Assembly (NCBI GenBank): GCA_024704765.1
Contig: JAKMXF010000305.1
Location: 224,682-288,681 of the forward strand
Reading direction: 5' to 3'
DNA from: Oopsacas minuta
Lineage: Eukaryota > Animalia > Porifera
Length of the DNA stretch: 64,000 bases
How positions within the stretch are numbered: position 1 is the stretch's first letter; each line of letters opens with the position of its first letter. The notes under the pieces were generated by a model that searched no databases, was not told the origin of the DNA, and saw nothing but the letters and a program-made list of their open reading frames with translations. Positions 37,546 through 51,356 of the stretch are shown here, one piece after another. A program made the position numbers and the translations under genes.

Positions 37546-39596
37546 TATATGTTTTCGCTCTGTGGTTCACACTTTCAAAAATAAAGACACCATATTTGGC
37601 ATGTGGTAACATAGTGACATCTAGTTGTCCACATGACATTGGAAAATTTTCTAATGAGCATATTTTCACACCTTTAACACCTATGTAATTTAGCCCAATA
37701 AGATTGTAATGTTTTTCAATTAGGCAAAAGTAAATACAATTAATGGTAGGGGCCCGTTGAATTTATGGCACTATATTAATACCATAATGAATTTCTATTG
37801 CATATAGATAGCATTCTATTCTTCAAAATTGTCCTAGAGATTTGCTTCTACCAGCTATTAAGGGGTAATCAATGACGTAGAATTCATTCCAATACCCAAA
37901 ACGGAACCAGAACTATATCAATTACACTGTACAACAAATTTTCATTTTGGAAAACTTACGAGAACCTGATTAGGTCTCTATAGTCGATTAGTATCTCCTG
38001 ATTCTGATTATGAATACAGTTTTACTCAAGCACGCAACGATATTATGGAATTCAACTCATAAATTGAGAAAATTGCATATATTACCAAAAACCTTCTACT
38101 TAAATATCAACTAGCCAAGTAAAACTTGTGAGGAATTTTAAATTCGCGGTATTTGAATTCATCTGTTACAAGAAATAGCTCTGTATTGGCTAATCCATTT
38201 TTTGTATGGTACTATATGATATTTTGTGATTTTTTCGCATGTTTTGCATATGTGATTTAGATTACGTTAGTAAATGACCAATTTCTTTCCTATACTAGCT
38301 CGTTTCAGTATATATTTGCTCTAAATATTATGTAGTTTAATAATCTTCAACGGTTTTACATGACTAGATGATATTTCGATATATAATTTTTGACAATTGT
38401 GATAATTTCAAATTTTGCATGTTCGAATTCTATAATATTGTTGCGTGTCAGAATTGTTGCCACTGTTATATGATTTCTTTGATCATAAATGGGGAAATTG
38501 TTTCGATTACACTTCATGATTTCATATTCTATGACTTCTTTGATTATACATGCGTAAATTGGTCCTGATATTTACTCTAACTGAATTCGTATTAGAATAT
38601 TACAGGTATTTGAGATCCGGGTTCACCACTAAGCAAGAAGTTCTTGTCTGCAATAGAATTGGATACAATTAAGGATTTTGGAAAAAGAATTTAGGGAATC
38701 GAGGCCTGCCAGTTGGCTACTAATGTCTTACCCGAATAAGAGATGGTTAAATACTGGAAGGTTGTAGTAATATTCAAAAATTGATAAGTGGGGCCAGATT
38801 ATTCGATATATTACATTAGCGATTGCTAACCTGGGATCCCCAGAACCTTAAAATGTATACCAAAAACGTGTGGAGTACGCAAAATATATTAAGAGTTGTA
38901 TTATGATATGACAGCATATTCCAGGGGATAGTGTGCTACAAAGAGCTGGAAAATAGAACAAGCAACAATTAGTATAATGAAGACCATAAATTTTTACTTC
39001 TAACTTTGACGTTAATGCTTCAACCTACTTTTATTCATTTGTATCAAAATAAGAATCATGAGGTGTAATCGGAACTAATTCCGCATATATGATCAAAGAA
39101 GTCATATAACAGTGGCAGGAATTCTGACACGGATTATGAATATCCATGGTACTAGTAATACAGGTAGCAATTCTGTCACACAAGAGAGCAAAACTGTATT
39201 CATATTCGGAATCAGGAGATCCTAATTGAGTATAGAGACTTAATCAGGTTCTCGTTTATTTTCCAAATTGAAAATTTGTTTTACAGTGTTATTGAAATCT
39301 ATTTTGATGAACAATTCATCGAATTTTGTAGAACAATTACTAGATAATGCATTACAATAAATTCTCCTCCCATCAATTTTAGGTGTCTACTGAATTTATT
39401 ATGGCTGTTTTAATTATAACCAAGCAATTTGATTCCTTCCAGTACATACCCCTACTTTCTGTATAAATTCAAGAATTGGTAATAAATTACGTTTTTGGTG
39501 TCCACTGGACCTAATGTTCATTAATTGCTTATTTGCAATATTTATTTCCTGTGACTGATACAGATTATATCAATTTAGCTCTGGCGAACGGGAATT

Positions 39597-39979
<383 letters not shown>

Positions 39980-40303
39980 CTAGTATAAAACCTACTTAGT
40001 CCAAATTGAACCAATATTACAGTAGGGCTCTCTATCATAAAATATACAATTAAATAATACAGTTCAGGGAAGAAGAGAACATAACACAATACATACAATG
40101 ACATTGATAATACTTGGTGAGGCACAAAAGCAATGAGACTCGATGTGTAACTAGAGCATAATCACAAATTATATATGTCATCTGCCCATGACTGTTAATA
40201 CTACATCATATATTGTCCTAATGCGGTTTAAACACAATTTTTATCATTTCTTTTCTGGTAATTCACTTTATTTGCTCATAGAGAATATACCCCTGCAGCG
40301 TTG

Positions 40304-41342
40304 ATGAAATTAGACAAAGAACATTTCAGGGCTTAAAGATTTATCGAGTTTAGGAGGGGTAAAAGACCGTCAGAAATTCATGATCAACTTCTGGAAGCAA
40401 AACTCGATGAATCCCCGTCAAGAGCGACTGTGTTTAGATGACATCAAAGGTTTAATGAGGAGAGACTTTCGTTGAAGGACGATCCCAGAGTGGGCCGCCC
40501 TCGTTCCATGACAGACGACGTCCATATTAATCAAATTCGTCAATTAATTGAAGCTGAACCTAAACAGTGAGTTCGAAGCTGATGCAACTGAGATTAGTAG
40601 AGAATCAGTTAGACGCATACTGGAGTTGAGAAATGTCTGCTCTGTTTGGGTCCCACACCTGTTTTCTAAGGCTAACAAGGACTCTAGGGTGGTCTGTGCT
40701 CAAGAAATCGTCGAGATGATTGATAAATACTCAATGGCCAAACTTCTAAGGTGTTGGGCAGCTGAGGAAGAGAGTTGAGCGTTCTTTGATGCTCATCTAA
40801 CAAAGGCAGAGAACAAAGCATGGCTGGCCCCTGATCAGAAGCGTCTTCGAGAAGTCCGACCTCAACTGTCAAATCGTAAGGCATTAATTATTTTGGCATG
40901 TACTGGTTATAGGAAATTTAGCGTTGCTTTCCCACCCTCAAAAGGGAGAATAAATGCAGAGGTATATATTGACTTTATTCAATCATCTGCAGAAAGATGG
41001 CGTAAACTTCACTCAAATCTAACAAAACTTTGTGAATTATCGTGGCAACATGCCAACGCTAGACCCCATACTGCTAGAGCGACAATGGAATACCTTATAA
41101 GGAGGGACATGATGTAAATTAAACAATCGCCATACAGTCCAGACTTGAATCAATGCGATAGGTGGGTTTTCAAGGAGCTTAAAAAGCATCTACGGAAAGA
41201 TGAATATTCTAGTGCAGAAGAATTCCAAAAGAAAACGCTGCAATTCATGAGATAGCTGCCAGCAGAACGTTTCCCACTGGAAATTCAGAGATTTTATAGG
41301 CATTGTAAGTCTGTGATTGACTGTATGGGGGATTACGTTTGA
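40304..41342 (+). mobile_element. Divergent mariner transposase pseudogene
   Basis: PSRATVFR, DDPRVGRP, VWVPHL, WQHANARPHTA, SPYSPDLNQCDRWVF, terminal GDYV*; TIRs not recognised. Confidence 0.85.
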
Positions 41343-42149
41343 TAAATCCAATATAATAACTTATTAAACTCCCTTAAATAATCACGTAGAAATAGAGTCC
41401 CATTATTTTTGTGCTTCTGAAAATTCTTGTTAAATTGAGCTTGAAATATGGAACCGATATATCATTTCGCATAGTCAGTCTTGTAATTCTTTCATAAATG
41501 GAGGCCAATGGTTGAAAAATATTTTGTATATAGAAAGGCATTTTTCCAGGAAGAGCTCTAAATATGATGGGGAGTATTTGGACTCGTAAGTCCAGGAGGA
41601 GAAAGGGATATCGAAGCAAGAATGCTAGAGTTCAATCCACTATGAGAAAAGTAGAACTAATCCTGAAATTTGCTGAAAACAAAGAGCGACAGAGAATATC
41701 TGTCTGAGAGATCCTGATAAGCGTGCTGATCTTATTGAGAAGCAAACATCCTCCAACATGATCAAGGCACAGAATTCTCAAGCAAGGTAACTTTAGAAAG
41801 TTTTACATACTCCAGATTAGTAAGTGAAATACATAAGGTAGTGTATTCCCAATACACAATGCAACTTAATAGCATATAGGTACATAACATGTTGCATTGC
41901 CAATTGTCAATGCATTGCTTCAATATATACGCTGGAATGAAATTGTGCGTCTTGATGGCCATGTTAAGCAATTTAAGAAACCGTGTGGAATTGGATTTTA
42001 ATTTATATTTTACACTAATAAATAAGGATTTACCAGTTGATGCTACTAATTTCGGATGCAAATTTAATACATTAATTAATTGTTTTTAATCTTTGTCACT
42101 TCCGTTGTACAAAACTAAATACAATACGTATGGTAGATTGCTATCGTTC

Positions 42150-42880
42150 GCTTACTTACATTCAAAAAAGGAATTTCAAGAATTTCACAAGAAGATAAAT
42201 GTCAATACAAGAAGAACCACAGCATACCACCCACAAAGAAATGGACTTGTTGAGTAACACAACAAAATATTGAAAACATGAGTACTGATGATAAAATAAT
42301 TATTTTAAACTCATACAAAAAGTGTATAATAATAATAATGTATACATTTAACCACGGTTTAATAACCTAGGCTGATATCTCAGATTCAGATTTCTCAGAT
42401 GGTGAAATAATTCAAATGGATACAAACAAACCTCGCCCATTCGACTTTCCTATATTGATAACGAATGGATAGAAAATCTTTTAAAGCTGATAGGATGACC
42501 GCTATTGAAAATCAAGGATGGTCATAAGTCTCAAAAGAAAAGATATGACAGTAAAGTTAAACACAACAACTAAGGAGCAACGAAATACATTCTTGTTGAG
42601 ATGTAATATCACTAACATGTTGGAATTTCATACATCATTTCTGACTTCACTGAGTTGTATAAGTTCTGAAATTAGCATCATTACAAACTGTACATAATAG
42701 GCACAATATCAATCTTTGTGTAAGCATTGATTTAAAGTTACTTCAGAATTTGTGGAAGGAGATGAAGTATTAGTACACAATATTAAGAATGCGAAGCGGC
42801 TACTAGGAACAAAAGATACAAAGAAATATTCAGGACCATATACGATAGAGAAAGTAAAACTAAACCACCTATTGTGATGA
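42150..42880 (+). mobile_element. Gypsy LTR-retrotransposon integrase remnant
   Basis: RRTTAYHPQRNGLVE*HN, SQKKRYD, GPYTIEKV motifs in order. Confidence 0.65.
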
Positions 42881-43029
42881 AGAAGAATTTGGTCAGAATG
42901 TGTGGCATATAGAGGGGGGCACTTTTGATTCAAATTTGAAAATGATATCATGTATATCGGTTGAGCAGTGTCAAATAATGTGATTTTAAAAATCCACAAA
43001 GGTGACAATGAAGTCATAATTCCGTCATA

Positions 43030-43160
43030 GGCGTGAATTTTCTTCCAAGACACTAAATTATCTGAGCCAGGCCCAAAATACTCCTGTATGCAAAATAAAC
43101 TCTGGGAGTCCTCCAGTTACTTCAATCAATTGTGGACATGCAAAGATATATATACCCACA
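43030..43160 (-). mobile_element. Partial copy (5' part) of the non-autonomous Helitron family
   Basis: Reverse complement reads tatatatatctttgcatgtccacaattgattgaagtaactgg...gtattttgggcctggctc, matching the 5378 and 52625 copies. Confidence 0.65.
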
Positions 43161-43431
43161 TAGAATAATTGTGTTTCAATAACAAAGGTAGATGTATTTC
43201 CTACTTAACAAACATATTCTTGTATATTCCTAGATAAATTATTTGTATTTGGATAAGTACGTGTTTTTAGCTAGTGGTCACCTCTATATCAGTCAAGGAG
43301 AAATAAAATATATTTCTAGCACAATTTAAATTTTAGGGGGAGCAGCACATGTTAGAATTCACTGTTCTTATTTTGTCAAAATATTTAGCTCTGCACTTGT
43401 CAAAATGGTTTTATCGAGTTTTGACTTTGGG

Positions 43432-43680
43432 AGAATTGGATTTTGATTGGATTATCCAGCTAGCTTTGTTGAGCTGAGAAGAGCAGGTATTTCAGTACAT
43501 TATTTGGATAACTTGTGAGGAAGTTGATTGGATATCGTTCAATCTGGAGCAGACTGTGAGTTGCTGAGAGTATTTAGAACTCACGTTAGAAGGCTCTAGA
43601 ATTGGATTTTGATTGGATCATCTAGGGAGCTTTGCTTGAGGTGAGAAGAGAAGGCATTTCAGCACACTATTTGGGTAACT
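43432..43680 (+). repeat. Diverged direct repeat, two copies of about 82 bp, 166 bp apart
   Basis: agaattggattttgattggat...tttgg(a/g)taact at 43432-43513 and 43598-43680. Confidence 0.8.
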
Positions 43681-43805
43681 GGCCCGGTGATTCTAATACA
43701 GCTATATTTCTAGTATTTCCAGAAGGTGGTATAAATCCGTTAATCAATATAACTATATAGTGTCGAAACTAAATGCAAAATTTATACTTCTAAATCGGAG
43801 CACAT

Positions 43806-44021
43806 TAAACTCGATATATCCATATTGACAAGTTCAGAACTCGATATAAACTATTCTGACAAACTACAGAACTCTAAAATTCCATTCTGACATGTGCTGA
43901 ACTCTAAATATACATTCTGACAACTGCAGACTCTACAAAACAGATTCTTACAACTACAGAAGTCAAAAATATCCATTCTGAAAAGATCAGAATAATAAAT
44001 TCTGACATGTGCATGTCCCCC
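43806..44021. repeat. Degenerate tandem array (about 30-bp units), probable MULE-like subterminal repeats ending in a TIR
   Basis: Recurring cagaactc...attctgaca units ending tgacatgtgcatgtccccc. Confidence 0.55.
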
Positions 44022-44671
44022 AAATTTTGGAACAATTGACTTTTTAATCCATGGTCCAGGTTGACAAAGTTGGTGCATATGCCCTACTTAAAATATATCA
44101 TTATGAATGTTAATTAGTGTAAGCACATTTTTACTTTATCCAAGTGTTATCGATAATGACAAAAAGGATTTCAGGAATATGAAGTCCCAATCACATCGTG
44201 CGAATACGGCATATACAGTAAGAAACCCTTTTGGTAGCAAAAGATGTTTAAATATCAGAATTATTAAAAGAGATAGATGTTGTATATTCCATTTATAGAA
44301 ATGGTGAAAGGAGAGCAACTATTGCAACCAAACCTCGTGAAGATCCTTCTTTGCATGCAAGGTAAGGGAGCAAAGGTATTAGTCAACATTCTTCGACAAA
44401 ATCCCTGAAGATTTTATAATTTGATATTTCTACCACAATTTGCAAGTATTCAATAGCTAACGAATATGCAAGCAGATTTGAATTTGTCAGGGTTAAACAT
44501 CCAAATGGTATCTAGTCAAGAAAAGTTGGTCCGATTGACTAAAAATATTTGTTTCGGTAGTTCAAATGTTGTCCCGTTTGAAAACTGACAAACCCCACAG
44601 ATAGCAATGTCATGATATTAATATATCAATATTTGGTATGTCCATACATATGTGAGGTTAGAAAAAAATTC

Positions 44672-44782
44672 CAACCTGTACCGACAGTTTAGTCCGTTAA
44701 ATAATTTTACATATAGCGTCTCCAATTACTAATGCTATTTTTTAACCAAATTACTTATAGACTAAGCTGTCGGTATAGGTTG
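44672..44782. mobile_element. Small MITE / inverted-repeat element
   Basis: caacctgtaccgacagtttagtc versus gactaagctgtcggtataggttg (23 bp, 2 mismatches). Confidence 0.65.
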
Positions 44783-45187
44783 TGATTTTGTAGGTTTTCC
44801 TCGCTAAGCACGGATTAAATTCACCAAACAATTTATTTACAAATTGATATGATTATCCAGCCTAAATAATGTTCAATCTATTTGCAGTAATTATTAGCTG
44901 ACTAAAGAATATTAATAGAAGGGAATACAGGAAGAGATTTCATCGGAACAAATTCAAGAGTGTCAAATTCAGAAACATGCGTATTGAATTATCCACTTTT
45001 GCTGTTTGGGACAATTTTCAACAATAATTCAAAGGTTATATAATTGGGGAGATACATGTCAATAATTATCCATGGTTAATTCGAAAAATAGAATATTCAT
45101 AAATACAATAGAAATAATTAAAACTACTGCTAAATTTAGATATTCAATGAATGCATATTATATACAACACTAGAAGTACTTATTGTA

Positions 45188-46443
45188 CAGGATGTCCAGA
45201 AATTATTGGCCTATTCAATTCTAAAATATATTATGAAATATAAGACCTCAAAATGTACGGTTACTTTCCTATATAATCTCCATTAAGTCGTATACATTTA
45301 TTGATCCTTTCTGGCATGCCTGCCACAGTGTTCTAGCCATTGGGGTGGATATTTTTCCATGCAATTTTGAGTTGATCTTTCAGTTGTTCAACGTTATTTG
45401 GTTAATTCATTTCGTCAATGGATTATTTCAATATACCATATATATTCTCTATTGGGTTTAAATCTGGTGAGTTACCCGGCCACTCATCCTTAGTCCAAAG
45501 CTTGAAAATTGCTTTATGCACCATTCTTGTGCAACTATGGCCCCTGTGAGCAGGAGCACCATCTTGCATCAAATGTGCTTCGACTTTTTAAGACCAGTTT
45601 CCTCGAATAAACAGGCCCATCTATTCTTCTTCTCTTGAGTGTATTAAGGCATGTACCTTCCAAAATATCTGAAACATAGTATAACGCATGGATTGTTTGT
45701 TTTGGTAGAATAAAGTGCAAGTCTGATAATCCTCGATAGCTCATCATGCCCCAGACCATTATCTTGGGTGGATTCTTTATTGTCTCTCTAGGGAGAACAT
45801 CCTGAGTACTGTGAGCCCCAAAACGATCATTTTGTGTATTACTGGAATGAAATAATTCGAATGGTTATTCATCTGACCACACAACTTTACTCCAATCATT
45901 GACTGGCCAAACTTTCACTTTTTGACAGAATTTGAGTCTGTTTATCATCTGATTTTGAGTCAGCTTGGGCTTTTTCGGTCTTTTAAATGCCTTAACAGCT
46001 AATTGATTCCGTAAATAATTGTGTACAATGCTCTTTGAAATCTGTATCCCTCTAATTTCAATTCAGTGACAATTTCCTAGTTGAGTGATGTCTTTTACCC
46101 AACGATTTCACGATCACCATTTTGGCTGCCATGTTCATTTTTTAGGCCGTCCGGCACCTTTTCGATATGTGAGACTATAATTTTGTTTGAATCGAAACCA
46201 CCAATTTCTGATTGTTCGAACTCCCTTTCCAAACCCCTGCTATTGCTTTCCGGTTTATACCCGCTTCTAACAAACCAATTTCTCTATATCGGATGTTGGA
46301 ATCCATCAACACGACCTCAAAATAAAAGAAATGAGAGTAAAATCTCAAAGTTGCTACATATACACAAAAATGTAGACAGAAAAAATTTCTTCATAGCCGC
46401 AAAAGATAGTATATGGGTAGATAAGAACATTAACAGAATCTTG
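45188..46443 (-). mobile_element. Tc1-like transposon, DD37E-type, pseudogenised
   Basis: WSDE, NDR, KIMVWGMMSYRGLSDLHF, QDGAPAH, WPGNSPDLNPIENIW; end TA-caggatgtccagaaatta; opposite end only weakly matching, so the 46443 boundary is tentative. Confidence 0.85.
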
Positions 46444-47244
46444 TAGAAATACACTAATACTACTGTAGCTAATTGGTTCGACAAATGTTATCAATGGATA
46501 AGCCTATAATTATTGAACACCAAGCATAGCTAATAAAGATTTAATATCTAAGAACACGAGAATTATTACTGATGACATAGTACCATAAAATGAAAATTTT
46601 CATTCACTTCCAGCTAAAAACTATAACCAATATAAAAATTCTAGAAGAGTACGAAGGTGTAAAATTGTTTCTCGTTCGAAAGATGTGAAATTTTGGCACC
46701 TTTCCTTTCAAAATTTTTTGGTAGAGGCCAGACAAATGTTAGACCAGTGTGAAAGTGTGGCACTTGGTGTCTGATTGATTTGCAAAGGGGAGAAGCGCAC
46801 CCGACGAATGTCTTCACTATTTCTCACACCATATATGACCTTAATTCTATCCGGCCACTATACTAAGGTATAGTCAGAACAGTAACAAGTAATTAATAAA
46901 TAATCAAATTTCAGGAATATTTAAATCAAAAAACTAATTAGTGAGTTTTCATATATCCTAGACGAAAAGTGCGTCGCTTAAGTCAGAACTCCTGGGTAGA
47001 GGAGCATTTCTAATCCAACAAAATAGAATGGCTGAAGTATGGTGGTCACCAGATATAAGAATATCTTGTGAGTTGTACAATATTTTCTTTTAATCGGATA
47101 AAATATACAAGTGAATATGAGTACAGTTTGAATGAGGAGGACAATGATATCTGATATGTTTTCATATCAGGTATTCCAACAAACGATACTCATTGTATGA
47201 TATCACATTGGCAGAATAAACATTTAGAATAATTTCAAACTCAC

Positions 47245-47592
47245 ATCAAGATCAAGGGCATCAGATATGGAAAATATCTTCTTTAAAAATATAGAATCTT
47301 TGCGTAACTGTACAATCATCCAATCGATAGGATAAATGTTCTTATCCAAGAGTAGAGAAAAAACAGAAAACATATTTAACATGAAATTTTCCAGATCTTC
47401 TGCACAGGGAAAATTCTCCATTGACATGTATAACGAAAATTGTTCATCTTGAATACAGTCAAGTAATCCAATAAATGAAGAAATTAAATGTACCCCGATC
47501 CTAGAATCCTCCCTACTTTTAACATTTTGCAAAGTGAGAGCAAGAGTTGGCATCAAATCTTTACACAATAACTGAATTTCAGTACGATAATC
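47245..47592 (-). CDS. DOCK: DOCK-family GEF exon
   Basis: IQLLCKDLMPTL...FMLNMFSVFSLLLDKNIYPIDWMIVQLRKDSIFLKKI matches DOCK1 [37 protein letters not shown]; acceptor cattctttcag, donor gtgagt; 348 bp, phase 0 to 0. Confidence 0.92.
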
Positions 47593-47643
47593 CTGAAAGA
47601 ATGTGAGGTTAAAGTAAATAAATACAACCGACTCATATATTAC

Positions 47644-47737
47644 TAAGCAAACTGGCACAGAATGGCAATCATAGTCAATAAGTATTCTGGGCCTCTTTGC
47701 TATATGGAATGTGTTATTTAGGTACGAGTTGTCCCCC
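47644..47737 (-). CDS. Candidate DOCK exon followed by a 51-nt intron
   Basis: Strong acceptor ctatctctttctcag, open frame in phase with the 47592 exon, donor gtaata; weak similarity FHIAKRPRILI to DOCK3/4 LHLRQQKELLI. Confidence 0.35.
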
Positions 47738-50247
47738 CTGAGAAAGAGATAGTCTTGGTTAGAATTACTGTATGGTTCCGAAATTCTTGAATGTGACTTA
47801 ATCGATAATGCTTGGTGCTAACAGCTAATTACCAAATATATACTCGACTGGACATTGTGTAGAACAAACTATTTGTAAATGTATAATATTTGATGATTCG
47901 CGATCAAATATCGTGTTATTGTGCCATATTCAGAAGTAATCGACTCACTTGATACCCAACCAAAATACATTCGGTCGTTCTGGCCAAACTGGCTACTGCA
48001 CACCCTTCCAGGTACAAATTGAACATTTTCCACCTCCGCGCTACCCAAAATCTATCTCATTTCATTTCAGTATTACTTCAACGTTTAAAAGGGAAATCAA
48101 AGCCATTGAAAAAAGTTAAAGGGGTCAAAACTTATGAACTGAAAAACTAATTTTGATTAACGACAAATTTTAAATAAAGTGAAGGGTCTTTGTCCACTAG
48201 TATCTTGAAACTCTGATTAACGAGAGTTCTGATAACCGTTTATGCTAAAGTGTGGAAGTTGAATTAGTAATAATAATTCTAACTTTGATAAGAAAGATAC
48301 AGTTCCCGATAACATGGTAGAATAATAGAAATATTATCGTTTGTAAATTTTGATTGTACTCTGTGGTTATCCATAAAATTTTCCAGATTGCATTTATTTA
48401 ATCAATATCTTTTATTGATTTTTATTCTTGTGTTGATAAAAAACGTGTTTCTGTTTGTTGAGGCAGTTAACTTCCTATTTACGAATAACATAGTTCATTA
48501 TCTTGTGACCCTACCTTTGGAGATATTTTAACATTTTCCCTATAGATGGGAATCACATACAAATATGAGAAATTTCAAAATATCCCAAGTACAAAAAAAG
48601 CAAATGAACTATGTAATTGGTAAATAGGAAGTAAACTATGGCAGAAGAACTGGTATAAAGTTTAGAGTTATAGAACTCATATTCTTTGAGTTATAGTCTC
48701 TACAAACACTTCGCCTTTGTCATTATGTACAACTGCCAAGCATTTAAAACACTGACCTAATGGTTTAAAAATGCTTGAAAAGCAGCATGATAACCTAGCA
48801 CAAGTAAGTATTCGATTCCAGAATATATCCCAAGTGTCTATGGGTATTTATAGATGAAAAATTAAAATTTATAGTTAGAAGGTTCTTCACGTCATTGAGT
48901 TATTTAAAATCCCATGGATCGCACATGTTTTGTAAGATGCGAGAATTACGGTTTGCTATTCGAGCAAGTATTTCAATGTATGGAGATAATTTTTTATACA
49001 ACTGAACTATGATCCCATATAATGCAAAAATATCCTGGAGGTATTTCCACACACCCCTAGGTCTGCGGATCTGCCACTGTTCATGACATAACTGGTTCGA
49101 GAGCAACCATTGTAGCAATGGATTATTCCCAGCATATCTGCGATTACTTTGCAAGGCCAAATAGTTAGAGGAAAAAAGAGTAAAATTGGGGAGGCTTAGC
49201 CTAAACAAGCCTCTATTACGCGTCAACCATAGCTGAAGTGCATTGAGCTATTATGCAATTAATATTCAAGTACCTCAAGGAAGAGATTAATAATTTCAGA
49301 TTGACCAAATCCATATAATAGTACCTGTAACCATGCAAAAATTAATATACTAAATATTCAACAGATTTCACTAATTTCAACTTACATAATATGAACAAGT
49401 TTAGACAATGGGCGGCACAACCGCGCACCGTCTTGGCTACGCCTCCTTAACTCAGTAACGTGTAATCAACAAATGTTTAAATCATAAATTAAACTTTTTG
49501 TTTAATTACGTTCTTATCCGATATTCTTCCTGTAGATTTCAACAGTTGTGTCTGGGGAGCGGAAGTGGGGAAGCAAACACTAGGTCTTTTGCTGGAGACA
49601 TCTTCCAAGGAGTGTTTCCAAGAATGTATTTTACAAGAGTAGATTTCAACATATAATTGTAATTATTGTGATTAAATGAAAAACTAAATTCAGTAAAAAG
49701 TGATGATATCTATAGTTATCATTCGATAAATAACTCAGGTGGGCTGTATCGTGCATTTGTAATACAAATAATTTAAAGTTAACATGATAAAACCCAACCA
49801 ATACCTAAATCAATGTGATTGGGTTTGCTGGATTTAAAATCAGTCATAATATATAAATTCTAGCAATAGCAGAGTATGTTACACATCTTTTCACATGTAC
49901 TTACAATAGGCATTATTGGTATTGAAGAAGGGTCTGCAAAACCAAAATTTATTGAAATAAACATATATATTTGAAAACTGGAATACAAGTTCCACTTTGG
50001 TACGTAAGGGGGTTTCCAGGGCTACGCTATTAGGGTATAGAGAAGAATCAAAATAAGTTTTGGGAATCATAAAAACACATACGATGATTTGAAATTCAAT
50101 TATTTCAAATCCACTCAATTTACAGATTAGATTTTGTAGAGTTGAAAAATTTTACTCGTAAAATTGATAATAAATAACCTTGACCTTTCAAATGGCCAGG
50201 TTGAGCTAAACAAAAGATTTGAGACTCCAAAGAGATTAGGTTGAAAC

Positions 50248-50399
50248 CTGCTCAAAAGTACAGTCACACATGAGCATGAAATCCAGAAGTCTGATGATAT
50301 TGATTTCAAGAGAATACATTGGATTAGTAGAAACATGAGATAGTATATGGGGGTGTGGAAAAAATTAAGGTACTCAATATATTCATCTTTTAAGAAATA
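50248..50399 (-). CDS. Candidate DOCK exon (3' boundary unresolved)
   Basis: Phase-0 NAGNAG acceptor tagcag; LLKSISSDFWISCSCVTVLL keeps the spacing of DOCK1 LIEIVHSDLFTQHDCREILL; possible donors at 50247 and 50155. Confidence 0.5.
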
Positions 50400-51356
50400 C
50401 TGCTAGAATACTAGAATGCTGGAAAATCATGGTAAAGTGAAAATTGGTAAACACGGAATTTGAAACATATATTTGTTCAAAATGTAGTTACACCAACCGG
50501 TCAATTGGCTCAAATCCACAATTAATGCATTCAAAATAATTAGTTCGAGAAAATATCCAACTCAACAAAAAGATATCGCTTCTGGAGACTCAATCAAAGA
50601 TACTGTAAATCATTAAAAGTCGAAGGCTTGGTGAGCTGTTTTTGGTTTACTAGATATCCCAACCGTGACAAGTCGGTGAAAATAGACAATCTGTGGCTCT
50701 ATAAACATTGGCGTGTTGCTGAAAATAGGCAGTTACTTCACATCAATATCCAATTTCTTCATAATATTATAGCTATGTAGGCTATTTTTTGATAACGTCA
50801 TAAAAGTTTGATCCCATGCATGTTCTTTACACTATTCATGAAGAAAGCCTAATCCAAATAACCCAATAATTCAAATTGAGTCCCATTATGAAATACACTC
50901 TTGATAGTTTTCAATACATAATGATTATTCCAAGCTGCTTAGGTTGTTCTTTAGAACATTTTGTCAATTTGAGTTGTTGGAGTGAATTAAAGATAAATTG
51001 TATTCTGAGGTTATGACATTTCGTCAAACATTCTATTCGTTAGATTTTACAGTTTATACAATATGCATAAGGCCACGGAAAACTAAATTCCATTTTAACG
51101 GACAGAACTTAGCAATTACTCCTCTAGTATCTTTTCAGAAAAATATATACAAATTTCAGCCAACGAAAAGTTGCTCAAGCATATTTATCGGTTGTATTAC
51201 ATATACTACTCCCTATTGTTAAGAAAAGCCACTTTAATAAATCTCTTTAGTAATTGTCTGAAACAAGATATCTCTATCCCATTTTAACTCCATAGTGACA
51301 TTCTAAGATTAAATGACATAAAGTTTAATGCATACTGATGAGTGAGTACATGCATA

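Noticed and set aside
43806-44021. Possible CRISPR-like array
   Set aside because: Units are degenerate with no invariant repeat and no unique spacers, no cas genes are present, and the context is eukaryotic.
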